NCBI RefSeq assembly: GCF_000143415.4
Contig: NW_003314314.1
Coordinates: 377,771 to 441,770, forward strand
Source of the DNA: Selaginella moellendorffii
Lineage: Eukaryota > Plantae > Lycopodiophyta
Direction: 5' to 3'
DNA length: 64,000 bases
Part shown: piece after piece, positions 29,624 through 41,348 of the stretch
How the letters are laid out: every line of letters begins with the position of its first letter
Position numbering within the stretch: the first letter of the stretch is position 1
Translations under genes and position numbers: made by a program
Notes under the pieces: generated by a model
Seen by the model: only the letters and a program-made list of their open reading frames with translations
Databases searched by the model: none
Told to the model about the DNA's origin: nothing

Positions 29624-32600
29624 ATTTGGTATCGGAGCCTTTTCCTCAGTTCTAGCGAAGGATAGAGGCGGATTGCTGGGAGATGGCAAAGGCGGGGCGC
29701 AAACGAACCAAGGCGGAGACGGAACCTTCGCCAGAGCTGGAGCCTCCGGTCGAACAAGAGGCTATGGATGAGGAATCCTTGCATGAGGATGACTCCAGCG
29801 AGGAAACTTCCAAGCAGGAGTCTGGTGGCGAGGTTCGGTCGTCCAAGGCTCGATTGGATGTTCTAGAAGGACAGTTGGCACAGACCAATGCCCTGCTAGA
29901 GACTCTCGTATGCAAGCTAAAGCGTGACGAGAAGCGGAAGAAAAAGAGAAAGACTGCGGATGCTGGCAGCGCAGAAGGTGCGGACCCTTCGGCAGGGACT
30001 GAGGCAGAACCAAACAAGGTCGAATAGACCGAAGTGGAATCAGTCCCTCAGGCAGTTCCCAAGTACAAACCAAAGCCCCCACCGGTCTTCAAGGGAGTGA
30101 ATGACTATAAGGTGGTGGAGGATTGGTTTTACGATATGGAGGACTACTTCCGAGCGTTGCGATTACCGAGCTCGAAGAAGGTCCCATGTGCAAAACCATA
30201 CTTGGCAGATAATGCCAAGTCTTGGTGGAGAATGACGGAGGCCAATGAAGGACCAGTGGCCACTTGGGACATGATGAAGGCGAGGATCCGCGCAACATAC
30301 GTTCCTTCGAATGCCACTCTGCATCTTAGAGATGAGCTGAGTAGGCTGAAGCAGACTGGAACCATCCAGGAATATGTGAATGGGTTCATGGCAAAGAGGA
30401 TACTTGTCACGGACATGGGGGATATGGATGCGTTCCATGCCTTCATATCAGGTTTGCAAACCTGGGCTCGCGGTGAGGTGATGCGCTGGAACTTGACCAA
30501 CTACAAGGAAGCGTTGGATGCGGCCATCAAGGTGCATTTCAACGATAACCTGCAAAAGGGGAACACAACGGGGTCGGGATCCACGTTTAGCAAAGGGGCC
30601 AAACCAAGGGGAACGTATAGCAGGGGGAAATTCAAGAAGAGTTTCTCTAAGAATGAGTCCTCGGGGTTCCGGAAAGGCAAATCCGGTGGCCAGCGAGCGA
30701 GTACGTGGGGGAGTCAAGCGAAAAGAGACAAACCCACGGATAAGAAGGTCAAGTCGTATAGCAGCGTGGGAAACAACGTATGCTACAATTGCGGTGAAGT
30801 GGGACACTTTTCGAGGGAATGTCCCTACCCGAAGAAGGCTAGAGCTAATATGGCCATCAAGTCGGGTGAAGTCCAAACTGAGGTATGTGATCCAGTCCCT
30901 AACTCAAAGTTACTCATTACACGAGCAACTTTGGTAGAGAGTCGTTCGCGACATCTACTAGCCCTCCGAGGGAAGCTCGGAAGTAGCTTTGTTAAGATCC
31001 TTATTGACACGGGTGCTTTGGATAATTTTGTGGCTGCAGACATAGTCCGGCAAGCCGAACTAACGATGCAGCGGCTAGGCGAACCAAGGACTATAGAGTT
31101 TGTTCAAGGTAGCCAAAGCACCGATGAGGTACTTTGACAAGCGAGAGTCGAAGTAGGGACATGGAAAGTAGACATGGATTTCACCGTGTTGGACATGGCG
31201 GGATTTGACGTGATCTTCGGAATGGATTGGTTCAATCGGTTTGTGGTAGCCCTACATGGACAAGGTAGGAACCTTGTGGTACTGGCGAATGCCCAAGGAA
31301 GAAGATCTAGGGTGGAGGCCCAAGATCTAAAGGTAGGGCAAAGCAAGGCCAAAGAATCCTGCTTAAACCTGGTGTCCACGAGAGGACAACTCACTAAAGG
31401 AACTAAGGCAGCCTTTTTGTGCTTACTCTCGGTGAAGAGTGACAAAAATACAGGAATGAAAGAAGTACCTTTAGTGATCCAGCGGGTGTTAGACCAATTC
31501 CAGGATACCATGCCGGAGGAGCTACCGGCGGGGTTGCCCCCCGCACGACCAATAGAACATAAGATTGAGCTGGTTGAGGGCGAGGCGGTGGTTCGTCCAC
31601 CCTATCGTTTGAACGAAAAAGAACTCGCGGAGCTCTAGCGCCAACTAGAGGAGTTGGTGGACAAGGGGTATGTTAGGTTGAGCAAATCGCCGTATGGGGC
31701 GCTGGTGCTATTTGTGAAAAAGAAAGATGGGTCTATGCGTATGTGCATAGACTACTGGTTGCTCAACAAGTATACAAAGAAGAACAAGTACCCTTTACCA
31801 AGGATTGAGGACCTGTTCGATAGGTTGGGAAAGGCAAAATACTTCTCGAGAATTGACATAAGGTCAGGATACTATCAGATCAGGGTAGCGGAGGAAGATG
31901 TCGAGAAGACAACCTGTCGAACGAGGTATGGGAGCTTTGAGTTTCTGGTGATGCCCTTCGGACTATGCAATGTGCTGGCAACGTTTTCGGCGTTGATGAA
32001 CCATATCTTTGTACCCTATCTGGATCATTTTGTGGTCGTCTATATTGGCGACATCCTGATCTATAGCGAAACGCTAGAGGAGCATGCCAAACACTTGACG
32101 AAGGTGTTTGAGAAACTAAGGGAACACCAACTATATGCTAAAGAGAGCAAATGTGACTTTGCTCAACAAGAGGTAAAGTTTCTTGGGCATGTGGTGGGCA
32201 AGGATGGGCTCAAGGTGGACCCTGAGAAGGTCCAAGCGATCCAGGATTGGGAGCGACTATCAAATGTACACGAGTTAAGGGCATTCTTAGGGCTATGCAA
32301 CTACTATCGAAAGTTTATCAGACACTATTCGAGAGTAGCCCTGCCCTTAACGGACCAAATGGGAAAAGGGAAGATGGTATGGACAGCGGAATGCAAGGCG
32401 GCATTCGTCCACCTCAAAGGGAAGTTGAGGAAGGCCCCCGTGTTGGCATTACCAGACTTTGGTAAGGACTTTGAGGTAGAAACAGATGCTTCAGACTTTG
32501 CGTTGGGCGCAGTTTTGAAGCAGGACAACCATCCAGTAGCATTCTTCTCGAAGAAGTTGGACAAGGCTCAACAAAAGTGGCCTGCCTATGAGAAGGAATT

Positions 32601-33553
32601 GTTTGCGGTGGTCAAGGCGCTCAAGGAGTGGCGACACTACCTTGGGAGACACTTCAAAGTTTACACGGACAATGTGGCAACGAAACACTTCTTGTCACAA
32701 CCCGACCTAAGGGGAAAACAAGGTCGGTGGGCCAATGCTTTGGCCGAGTTTGATTGTGAGATCCTGTACAAGCCTGGGAAGAGCAACATCGTGGCAGATG
32801 CGCTAAGTCGAAAAGCGAGCTTGAAGTTGGCGATATCTAGCGCGACAGCAACCTTTTGGGATGATGTGCGGATTGCATACGAGAATGATGGTCTAGCACA
32901 AGAAGTGTTGCTGAGGAATCTAGAGGCGCGGGAAGCTCACCAGAGAGGTGAGCTGCCAACAGAAGAGAAAACGGGCTATGCAGAACGCAACGGACTCATA
33001 TATTACAAGCAAACGAGGGTGTATGTTCCAGAAGGGGAACTAAGGAAGGTAGCCTTGGAAGAGTGTCATGACGGACCTCTCGCGGGACACGGCGAAGTGC
33101 CCAAGACGATGGGCTTACTCAAAAGGAAGTATCACTGGCCAGATATGGCTAATGACGTCCAAGACTATGTAAAGACATGTCCAACATGTCAGCAGGTCAA
33201 AGCCGTGACGAAGGCTAGTGGGGGCTTGTTGCAAAGCATCCCCATTCCAGATCGTCCGTGGAAATGTCTCACGATGGACTTCATCACGGGACTACCCCCA
33301 AGCGAGGGATTCGATGCGATATTCGTGGTGGTGGACCAATTTTCAAAGATGGCACATTTCATACCCACCACAACGGAAGTGGATGCGGAAGGTGTGGCAA
33401 AGCTGTTCTTCGAACAAGTGGTTCGAGTTCGGGGAAGGCCGGAAGAGATTATCTCATATCGAGATAAGATCTTCACCAGTAGGTTCTGGAGGACACTCCT
33501 AGAACAGTATCGCACCAAGTTGAAATTCAACACAGCCTATCACCCACACACAG

Positions 33554-33600
33554 GTAATGGGTATTAAGTCAAGATTGATGGCACTAACACTTCTTGACAG
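33554..33600 (+). other. putative spliceosomal intron 1 in integrase (47 nt)
   Basis: G|GTAATG..CACTAAC..TTCTTGACAG|AT. Removal gives AYHPHT-D-GQTERVN. Confidence 0.8.
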
Positions 33601-34018
33601 ATGGACAAACGGAAAGGGTGAATAGACAGCTGGAGGATTATTTGCGATGCTATGTCTCGGGAGACCAGACCAACTGGGTAAGTCATTTGGGACTTGCGGA
33701 AATGTGTTATAACAACTCACCACATTCGAGCATCGGGGTGAGTCCATGGGAAGTCATCAATGGGCGAGCTATTGAAGGTCCTGTGGTACTCGGCGTGGCC
33801 GAGTATCATGGAGAGTTACCCGCAGTGGAGGCATTCACGGCGGAAAGACTCAACATTTGGAATCTAGTGAGGGATTCCTTGGAACGGGCTCAACAAAGGC
33901 AAACTAAGTACGCGAACCAAAAGCGTCGGGATGTGGAGTTCCAAGCTGGAGAGAAGGTGTGGCTGAACACCAAGAACCTCAGGCTACCAAGTGGGATCAG
34001 CCGGAAGTTGACCCAAAG

Positions 34019-34070
34019 GTAAAAATGCATGTATTCCTATAAATGAATTGATCTTGAGTTCCTTAAGCAG
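34019..34070 (+). other. putative spliceosomal intron 2 in integrase GPY/F region (52 nt)
   Basis: AG|GTAAAA..AT-rich..CCTTAAGCAG|G. Removal gives SRKLTQ-R-FAGPYEI. Confidence 0.8.
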
Positions 34071-34854
34071 GTTCGCGGGGCCTTACGAGATTGAGGCTCG
34101 AATCGGTAAAGTGGCTTACCATCTCCGACTTCCTCGAGAGATGGGGAAGATGCATCCCGTATTCCACGTGAACTTACTCAAGCCATATTTTGAGGATCCA
34201 CTTCGCAAGGACCAAGTAAGACCTTTACCTGAGGTTATCCAAGGGGAGGAGGAATACGAAGTCGAGGCCATCCTCAATGCGTGCAAGAGCAAGTGACAAG
34301 GACGCGAGGTGAGAGAGTTCCATGTGAAGTGGAAAGGATTTCCACACTGCGAAGCAACATGGGAACCGGAGGAGAACCTAGCGAACGCGCGAGATCTAGT
34401 GGAGGAATTTCTGCATGGCAGAACTCTATGTACTTATGCAAAGTTCAATTAAAAGTATCAATTTGAGAAGTTGAGCAATGGCATATGTTGGGACCCAAAG
34501 GCGCGCCGAAGGTAAGCTAATTAGCATGGGTTAGCTAGGTCGACCAGGCGTAGGGAGCTACGCCCGACTCCCTACGGGGATGTCGAATCTGTAGACATAT
34601 TCTACAGAGGTTGGGTTCGAGTCCCAACCCCCTAGTAAAGCAAGGCTGGGTTCAAGTCCCGACCCCATACTAGGGCGTGGTGAGGTGAGGAGTATAGGGA
34701 CACCTATATTCCGTTGTCATGGGCTCTTGGCTGGGGAGGCTAACTTAGGCACACCGCTAAGTGGGGGGATGCCCCCGGAGACATGGTCAACAAGTCGTAG
34801 GATAAAATGAGATGTTCGATGTGGGCATCGAACTTCTTCTATGGGTGGTGGAGT

Positions 34855-36001
34855 TGTAAGGAACTAACTCGCCGAGGTGTCGTAGGCTAAAGGAACCCCG
34901 AAAGCATGACCAAAATGACAAAGAGTTCATCGGATGGGACCAAGTCGAAGATCGAGTCCAAGACCGACTCTAGGACCGAGTTCGAGATAGAGTCCGGAAT
35001 CGAGTTCGAGACCGACTCGGGGACCGAGTTCGAGTCCGAGTTCGAGACCGAGTTCGAGACGGAGTCCGAGATCCGAAATCGGGTTCGAGACCGAGTCCGA
35101 GGTCGAGTCCGAGGTCGGGTCCAAGATCGGGTCTGAGATCGAGTCTGAGATCGAGTCCGAGACCGAATCCGAAGTCGGGTCCTAGATCGAGCCAGAGACT
35201 AAGTCCAAATACTAATATGGGTCAAGGGGTGAAAGCCCAAAGCGTGCGTCTCCCAGGGGGGGGGGGGGGGGGGGGGGCTGCAGGGGGTTCCAAAAGTATA
35301 GTAGGGATAGTGAGGTCCAGGAACCAGTTTTGAAGGGACTCTCCAGTGGGGCTTCCAAACTGACTTAAGGTTGAGATTGGGACCGAGGGGCCTTGGGTGG
35401 GAGTGAGTATGGACTTGGTTGGTGCCGGAGGGGCCATCCAAGGAAGTGCTCAAGAGCAGCTCCCACTCCCGAAAGGGAAACCGATTGCGGTGCTCCCGGC
35501 TCATGTGGAGTGGTGCCCCACTTGAGTACCATGCAGCTCATTGGTCCTCGCCCTTCCTAGGGGCTTGGGCCTTCCTTCGGGATGGAAGTGGGGGGGTAGA
35601 GGTACCCATACCGGGCCGCTAGGCCACGGTGTTTCGCCCCGGCGTCCTGAAGTAAGTGTTGCACTCAAAACTTGGGATTTAGAGGGTCCCATGATCAAGT
35701 CTTGTGGTACCAAGGGATGTTAGGAACTTGGAAGCTTGGTGTGCTTGGCTGCTTGTGCTTGCGGGGAGTGTAGCCGAACCTTAAGTCCAGTCTAACCCGG
35801 GGAGGGGGATTGGGAGTGATTTGGGAATCCGTGGATGGATGGTTAACACTTCGTTGCTTGTGCAGTGAGTAGCTGAGACTAAGTAGGAGCTGGTACCATA
35901 GGCGAGAACCTTGGCAAGGGAACTTAGCAAAAGCCAAGGCAGTGTTGGACGGGTAGACGAGGTAAGCTGGCAAATTAGAAAGGAAAAATTTGTGGCTTAC
36001 A
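34855..36001 (+). repeat. 3' LTR
   Basis: TGTAAGGAAC..GGCTTACA followed by the TSD CATAG. Confidence 0.95.
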
Positions 36002-39000
36002 CATAGTCGTCAGAATGTCCAAAGGTGTGTTTGAAGACGTTCGGAAGAACATTTCAATCCCCACAAGTGGTTGCGCACAAACCATTGTACCACTGCAATG
36101 CCGTCCTTTAGAGACATGTGAGAAACTCAGAAACATCGAGCATCATCCTAAGAATGATATATGGCAATCACCGTGAAGTGATCGAACCAATGGTACATAT
36201 CATCCCCAAGATTCCCGCGAAAGAACTCCGGCCGAATGCAAGGATTGGCACTAAGAGCAGGAGGAGTTGTTCCACGTGCCATGAACGCTGCCATCAACTG
36301 AGTTTGATTGTTCGATTGCAAGTGCATAGCATCAAGTAATTGTACCAACTGTTGCTCCAGAGTCAAAGGAAGAAATTGCTGATCTGCCATGAAGATGAAC
36401 GAAAAAAAAGAGCAAAAGAAGAGAAATTACAAAAAGTTAGAAGGAAATGGTAGATCTAGACAATGCAAAAAGCTAGATCTAAACCAAAATCCTGAAAGGA
36501 AAGAACAAAAGAAAGGAAATGGAAAAAGCTAGATCTAGACGATGTAAAAGCTAGATCTAAATCAAAATCCCAAATCCAAACACTCCTCAGGGATAATCAA
36601 AGGTGCCCCTCACCTCCACCAATGTGAGTGTTTAGAATATGGAAAAGGAATATAGAAAATAAGCATTTTAATTAGCCCAAAAACCTTAGCTTATATATAG
36701 GAGCAAGTGGTTCGGATTGAAACCAATCCAACGGGTACCAAAATCCCACTATGCTAATATTAGTATACGGCATCGTAGTAGTACACTTGGCCTTCACAAT
36801 GTTAATATTGTAAAATAAAGAAAATTTAAATTTACTTTTTAAAAATAACTTACTATGTAATATATATATTATTTAAAAAATTAAATTTTAGACTGAAATA
36901 AAGTTTATAGGTTATAAATTATTTTAATATTTCAGTGGTTTAAATGAATAAATATAAATTTTTAAACAAATTAAACCTAAGGTATTACTATTTTTTATAT
37001 AATAAGTAAAAAATTAAATATAAATAAATTAAAAATTTATTATTTTATAGAAAAATATATAAGTTATTATTTAAATTATTTGTATTTGAGCTGACAGTGG
37101 AAAGAGAAAATGCTCTTCTAGAGTCAAATTTTATAAAAAATAAACAGTACTTTCTTTTTGCTAGTTTGATTTTCTAGTTTTAATAAATAAAAATGTGTTA
37201 TAATGAATAAAATTTAATTTGATTGGAATTTTTAATTATTAAAATTTATATCTATATCACTATATCATTATTATCACTATTGTTTGGCAAAACATTAACC
37301 TCCTTAAGTGATGCATTAAAAACTATTTAGCATAAGATAATTTATTACTAGCATATAGTGATATCAGCTCTATATAGTTTTAATTTTATATTGATTATTG
37401 ATATAAATAATTTAAAGTATTTTTTGCTAGTTGCACAGTTTATAATTTTTATACCACTGTTACCATAGAAATATTTTTGGTGTAAATTAAATTTAAAATG
37501 TTGTATTTGGATATATTATTGATGTTTTTCATTATGTTTTTATATTTTAAAAAAAAATATAAGAAATTGAATGAACTCCCCAAGAGTTTTCCAATCCAGC
37601 ATTTTTCTTACTTGATGGATTCTCCCAACCTTAATGAGTACGTTGAATAAGTAATTATATGCCATTGTGTTAAGATTGTAACAAGCTTCTTTGATCAGTC
37701 ACTAAAAGAACATGAAAATAACGTTTGAATCTTTTTTTTTTGCAAGATCTTGTACACTGCAATGTGGCTAAAGTAGAAGCCTTAGAATGTAGCTAGACTC
37801 CCCACCAGAATTCCTTCTAAAAACTTTGATTCGAGAACTTTGTAAATCTCTGTCACTAAGTATTCATCCACTGCTGCAATGTCGATTGAAGGATTGAGCT
37901 CGTCTATAATATCTAATATATTTTTAATAGAAGTATAAGCTTATTAAAAGCACATAGATTCAGTATATTACTATTAATTATCTTTATAAAACTCTTAGAA
38001 AATTGTATCTTGTTTTATGCAAAATTTACATGTAATCTCATTTTCTTTTTATATAATTTTTTTTCTTTAGAAAAGAACATTGTGAATGTAAACTTTTTAA
38101 ATTAGTTGTGCTAAATGACACAACTATAGATGAAGGTTTTATGTTTTAACTTAGTTCCAGCAAATAAATTTCTTAAGAATGGATTAAATGCTCATTCAGA
38201 CAAAAGAAACAGAATATACTTCCCATTGGAATTATAAGAAATGGCACTGAGAAATGGTTGTCAACTTGAGAGCGTTTCTGCTGAATAACAAATATTTTTC
38301 CGTTCAATGCGTTCTCATAGCTCTGAACGAACGAATGGGATGGGATACATGCAAGTTCGATTTGCTGTTTTATCTGCTTTGAACGATATTTCGATACCTT
38401 CCATTCAATCTGTCAAGGTAATTTAAGCATACAAGAAAGCAGCCACCACACCAATTCTGCTGGTGGTCTGGGTTACAGTGGCGGCAGCTTGTACACACAT
38501 ACGTAGAACATTTCTGTCAGTCCACTTAAACCCCCTTGGATACAATCGCTTTGGCGTGCTCTCATAAAACTTTGGCAATGGAGCTCGACAGTGTCCCAAA
38601 AAGGTGTAAAGTCTGGCTCTGCTACAATGTTGGGTTCATTCAACAGCAGAAAAGCAGTTGGAGTGGGAGAGCATGTGAAGATCAGAAGTTAGCAGATCTA
38701 TCCAATTATAAAACTAAAAAGAAAGAAAACTATCGTTGCTAGGTTCCAGGGCCACCATGTGTTGCGAGCAGAATCTCTAGGAGCTAGAAGAGCTTCTTCG
38801 TGCATTCATTGGAATCGAGACATTTGAGGGAGTGGCAGTGGTGTCATTTTCAAGAAGGCGCTGGTCGCTGGTCGGTCGGTAGTTTGGTTCAAAGTTCAGA
38901 CCTTCCAGCAGCACGACTTGCTTCCTCCCTGTTTTGTCAAGCGCCTCCAATTGGTGAAGGTGACGGTGAAGGTGACGGCAGCGGTAGTGGTGGTGGTGGT

Positions 39001-41348
39001 GGTGGTGGCGAGCCACTGTACCGTGCGTAATGGTTGGTGTTTCTATCATCTTTCCCAAGACTTTTCTCTTCCTCCTTGTGAGAGTTTGAGAAGTCTGGGA
39101 AAGCTCTTTAAATTATTCCGGGAAGAACATGGTGGGCGGTGGGGCGAACATGAGACACTGTTCCACTCGCTCACACAACTCACTTGCATCAATGATCGCC
39201 AAGTTCGTAGCGTAAGCTGATAGCTAGCCTTTCTCTACCTGAATCATGGGCTTCTTTTCAACTTTTCTTTTTTTTTGGAATCTAAACAGCAGACATTTGT
39301 GGCTTGTGTGTGTCGTCTGCCGCCACAGGTTCAGAAAGTGTCCCCGCAGCGAGATATGAACTCTGAAACCGAAGGGGCTTCTGTTTCCTGCTGTGCTAAC
39401 TCACCCGTCGGCATCAGATTCAGTCGCTTATATATACACTTCGAAATTGCAAATGTCGCTTTTCCTATGAATACTATTCACCATTCAATGGCCACATGAA
39501 CTCGAAAGCAACAAGACGACGATCCTAAGGTTGAATCATCAATTTTTCTGGTTTGGTTCCATCAACAAACTTAGGGGGACAAGTTGGACCACTCGAACTT
39601 TTTCGTCGCCCAACTTGGGATCAAATGGGGGATCAGTTTCGCTTTGAGTGTGACCCAAGAGAACTTTGATCCAGTGCAACTTGCAACTTCATCACTCCGT
39701 ACTGCTATATTTCCATCAAGGAAATTTTTTTCGTACGCTGCATGTGGCCGACGGACGTGGCGGGCAGGAAACCAATGACCGTTATTCCGTCGCAATCCCA
39801 CCCGCCACTCCCACGACGCCACGTCACGGCCCTGTTTCTTCGTTGTCTGGAAGAGCGAAAATGTTTTCGTTTATCTTCGAAAGCTTCACATGGAAATGAT
39901 ACCGAGACACGTTCTCACGTGGCCGTGGGATCAGAGTTTCTCCGGAAAGATGCCGAAAGATTCGGCTGGGATTCCCTTGTTGAATCCCATGGCACCAATG
40001 CGTTGAAATGGAGTGACATGGGAGTGGGGTGCACGACGGACAAAACTTTCTTCTCTCCAATTGGCCGGCACTTTGATTTGTCTTTTCGGGGTTCCACTCA
40101 TGGGATAGATTACAATTTACATCTTTAAAAAAATGTGGAAAGCTTTCCACCGATTTTTTTCTTTTCTTTAATCGCTTTGCAACAACGACAACGGCCAACT
40201 GAAAGAACATGGATTCGATTTAAGCGTTACTCGCCAGATGTTTGATTTGGATCTGGGGCAATCTAAGGCGTTCGTTTGGAAGGTTTGATAATTGTTACGA
40301 GCTGGCTCCTTGATCAACCAAAGTAGAAAATGGTTTGCTTGGATTGAAAATTCCTTGAAGATGCGCCCGCCATATTATCCAAACTTTGGAAGCATCATCG
40401 CCGCCTTCGACATACATTGTCTTAGTGGATTCCATCTCTATCTAAGATAGATTCCATTTCCATTTCATTTGGAAACTTGGACGATGACATGGTTCTTCCC
40501 AATCTCAAGAGCAACGATTTGCTGACTGGGCGTGGTAAAAAACATGTCTTTTTACTCCTCTTTTACCACGCCAGTCAGTGGTCACGCTCGCCGCAAAATC
40601 CAACACGCCGCCACGCCACGACCATTATAGGAAATGCATGTGTGGATGAATCATCAAACACAGAGAAAAAAAAAAAAGCCTTTTTACTTTTGACTGCAGT
40701 TTTTACCATCTCCACTACTTACACGCCCTCGGTCAAAGTAAAAATCGGCGCTCCTCCCAAAACCCAACCAACCAACGTTTCACCTTGTTCTGTTATTTCC
40801 GTTGATCAGACAGTGGCTGTCCGTTAGTTTAATTCGAAGCTTTCCGCCCAAAAACACTCGAGCGATGGAGAGAACGCTCCACCAAAACGCTCCCGGGATC
40901 CAGCTAAGTCACGCTTTCTTTGAGCGGTCCCAATGCGGCGGCCCGGGGATCGCCCGCTAGCTTAGCGATTTGGCCGAGCGATCGCCTCCCCCCTCGCCGT
41001 ATAAAAACCCCCTCTCTTGTTGAGCCATTCATCCATCCATTTCATTCATTCAATTGCCCATCCTTTCCCTCTTTTTCTCGCCTTCTTTCTTTCTTTCTTT
41101 CTCCCATTCGATTGATCGCTCCCCCTCGCCTTCCTCTCTCGCGATCCGCGAGTTCTTGGGCTGGATTTCGCAGCGGCAGGGTCTTGATTCCTCTGTTTCT
41201 TTGGCGACAAGGCGAGGATACGAAGATTCTCCACGCCGTCTGCCGAAATTTCGACCTGCATTGCGCGAAATCCAGCGATCCACCGGGTTTTTCTCTCCCG
41301 ATTCGTCCCTCCAGCTCCCATTCGATCTCGTCTTTGCCGGATTCTTGG

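Larger units (their letters stand above)
29683..34451 (+). pseudogene. gag-pol polyprotein (CCHC, DTG protease, RT, RNase H, integrase, chromodomain), with in-frame stops and two intron-like insertions
   Basis: ORFs 29683, 30034, 31174 and 31654 share one frame, separated by single stops at 30025, 31135 and 31636. RT YIDD reads YIGD. Chromodomain EYEVEAIL..VKWKGF..ATWEPEENL has a stop at 34294. Confidence 0.9.
28489..36001 (+). mobile_element. full-length Ty3/gypsy chromovirus LTR retrotransposon
   Basis: TG..CA LTRs at 28489-29623 and 34855-36001, 5-bp TSD CATAG (28484-28488 and 36002-36006), PBS TGGTATCGGAGCC (iMet-like) after the 5' LTR, purine-rich PPT before the 3' LTR. Domain order gag-PR-RT-RH-IN-chromodomain. 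Confidence 0.97.
27560..36798 (-). mobile_element. older degenerate LTR retroelement (gag + protease only), split by the nested chromovirus
   Basis: Putative 176-bp LTR 36623-36798 (TGTGA..TCACA), then PBS-like TGGTGGAGGTG (tRNA-Ala-like) and gag start MADQQFLP..IRPEFFRG (36390). It continues left of 28484 with DGPIPMEVDA, a degenerate CCHC and protease LVDTGSS (about 27790). Left boundary uncertain. Confidence 0.7.

Noticed and set aside
30025-31638. In-frame stops in gag-pol as programmed readthrough
   Set aside because: Several stops plus a YIDD-to-YIGD change indicate mutational decay. One stop falls inside the protease region.
27237-36798. 10-bp inverted match TGTGAAGGCC / GGCCTTCACA suggesting terminal inverted repeats
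   Set aside because: No target-site duplication, and similarity stops after 10 bp. The right copy is better explained as an LTR end.
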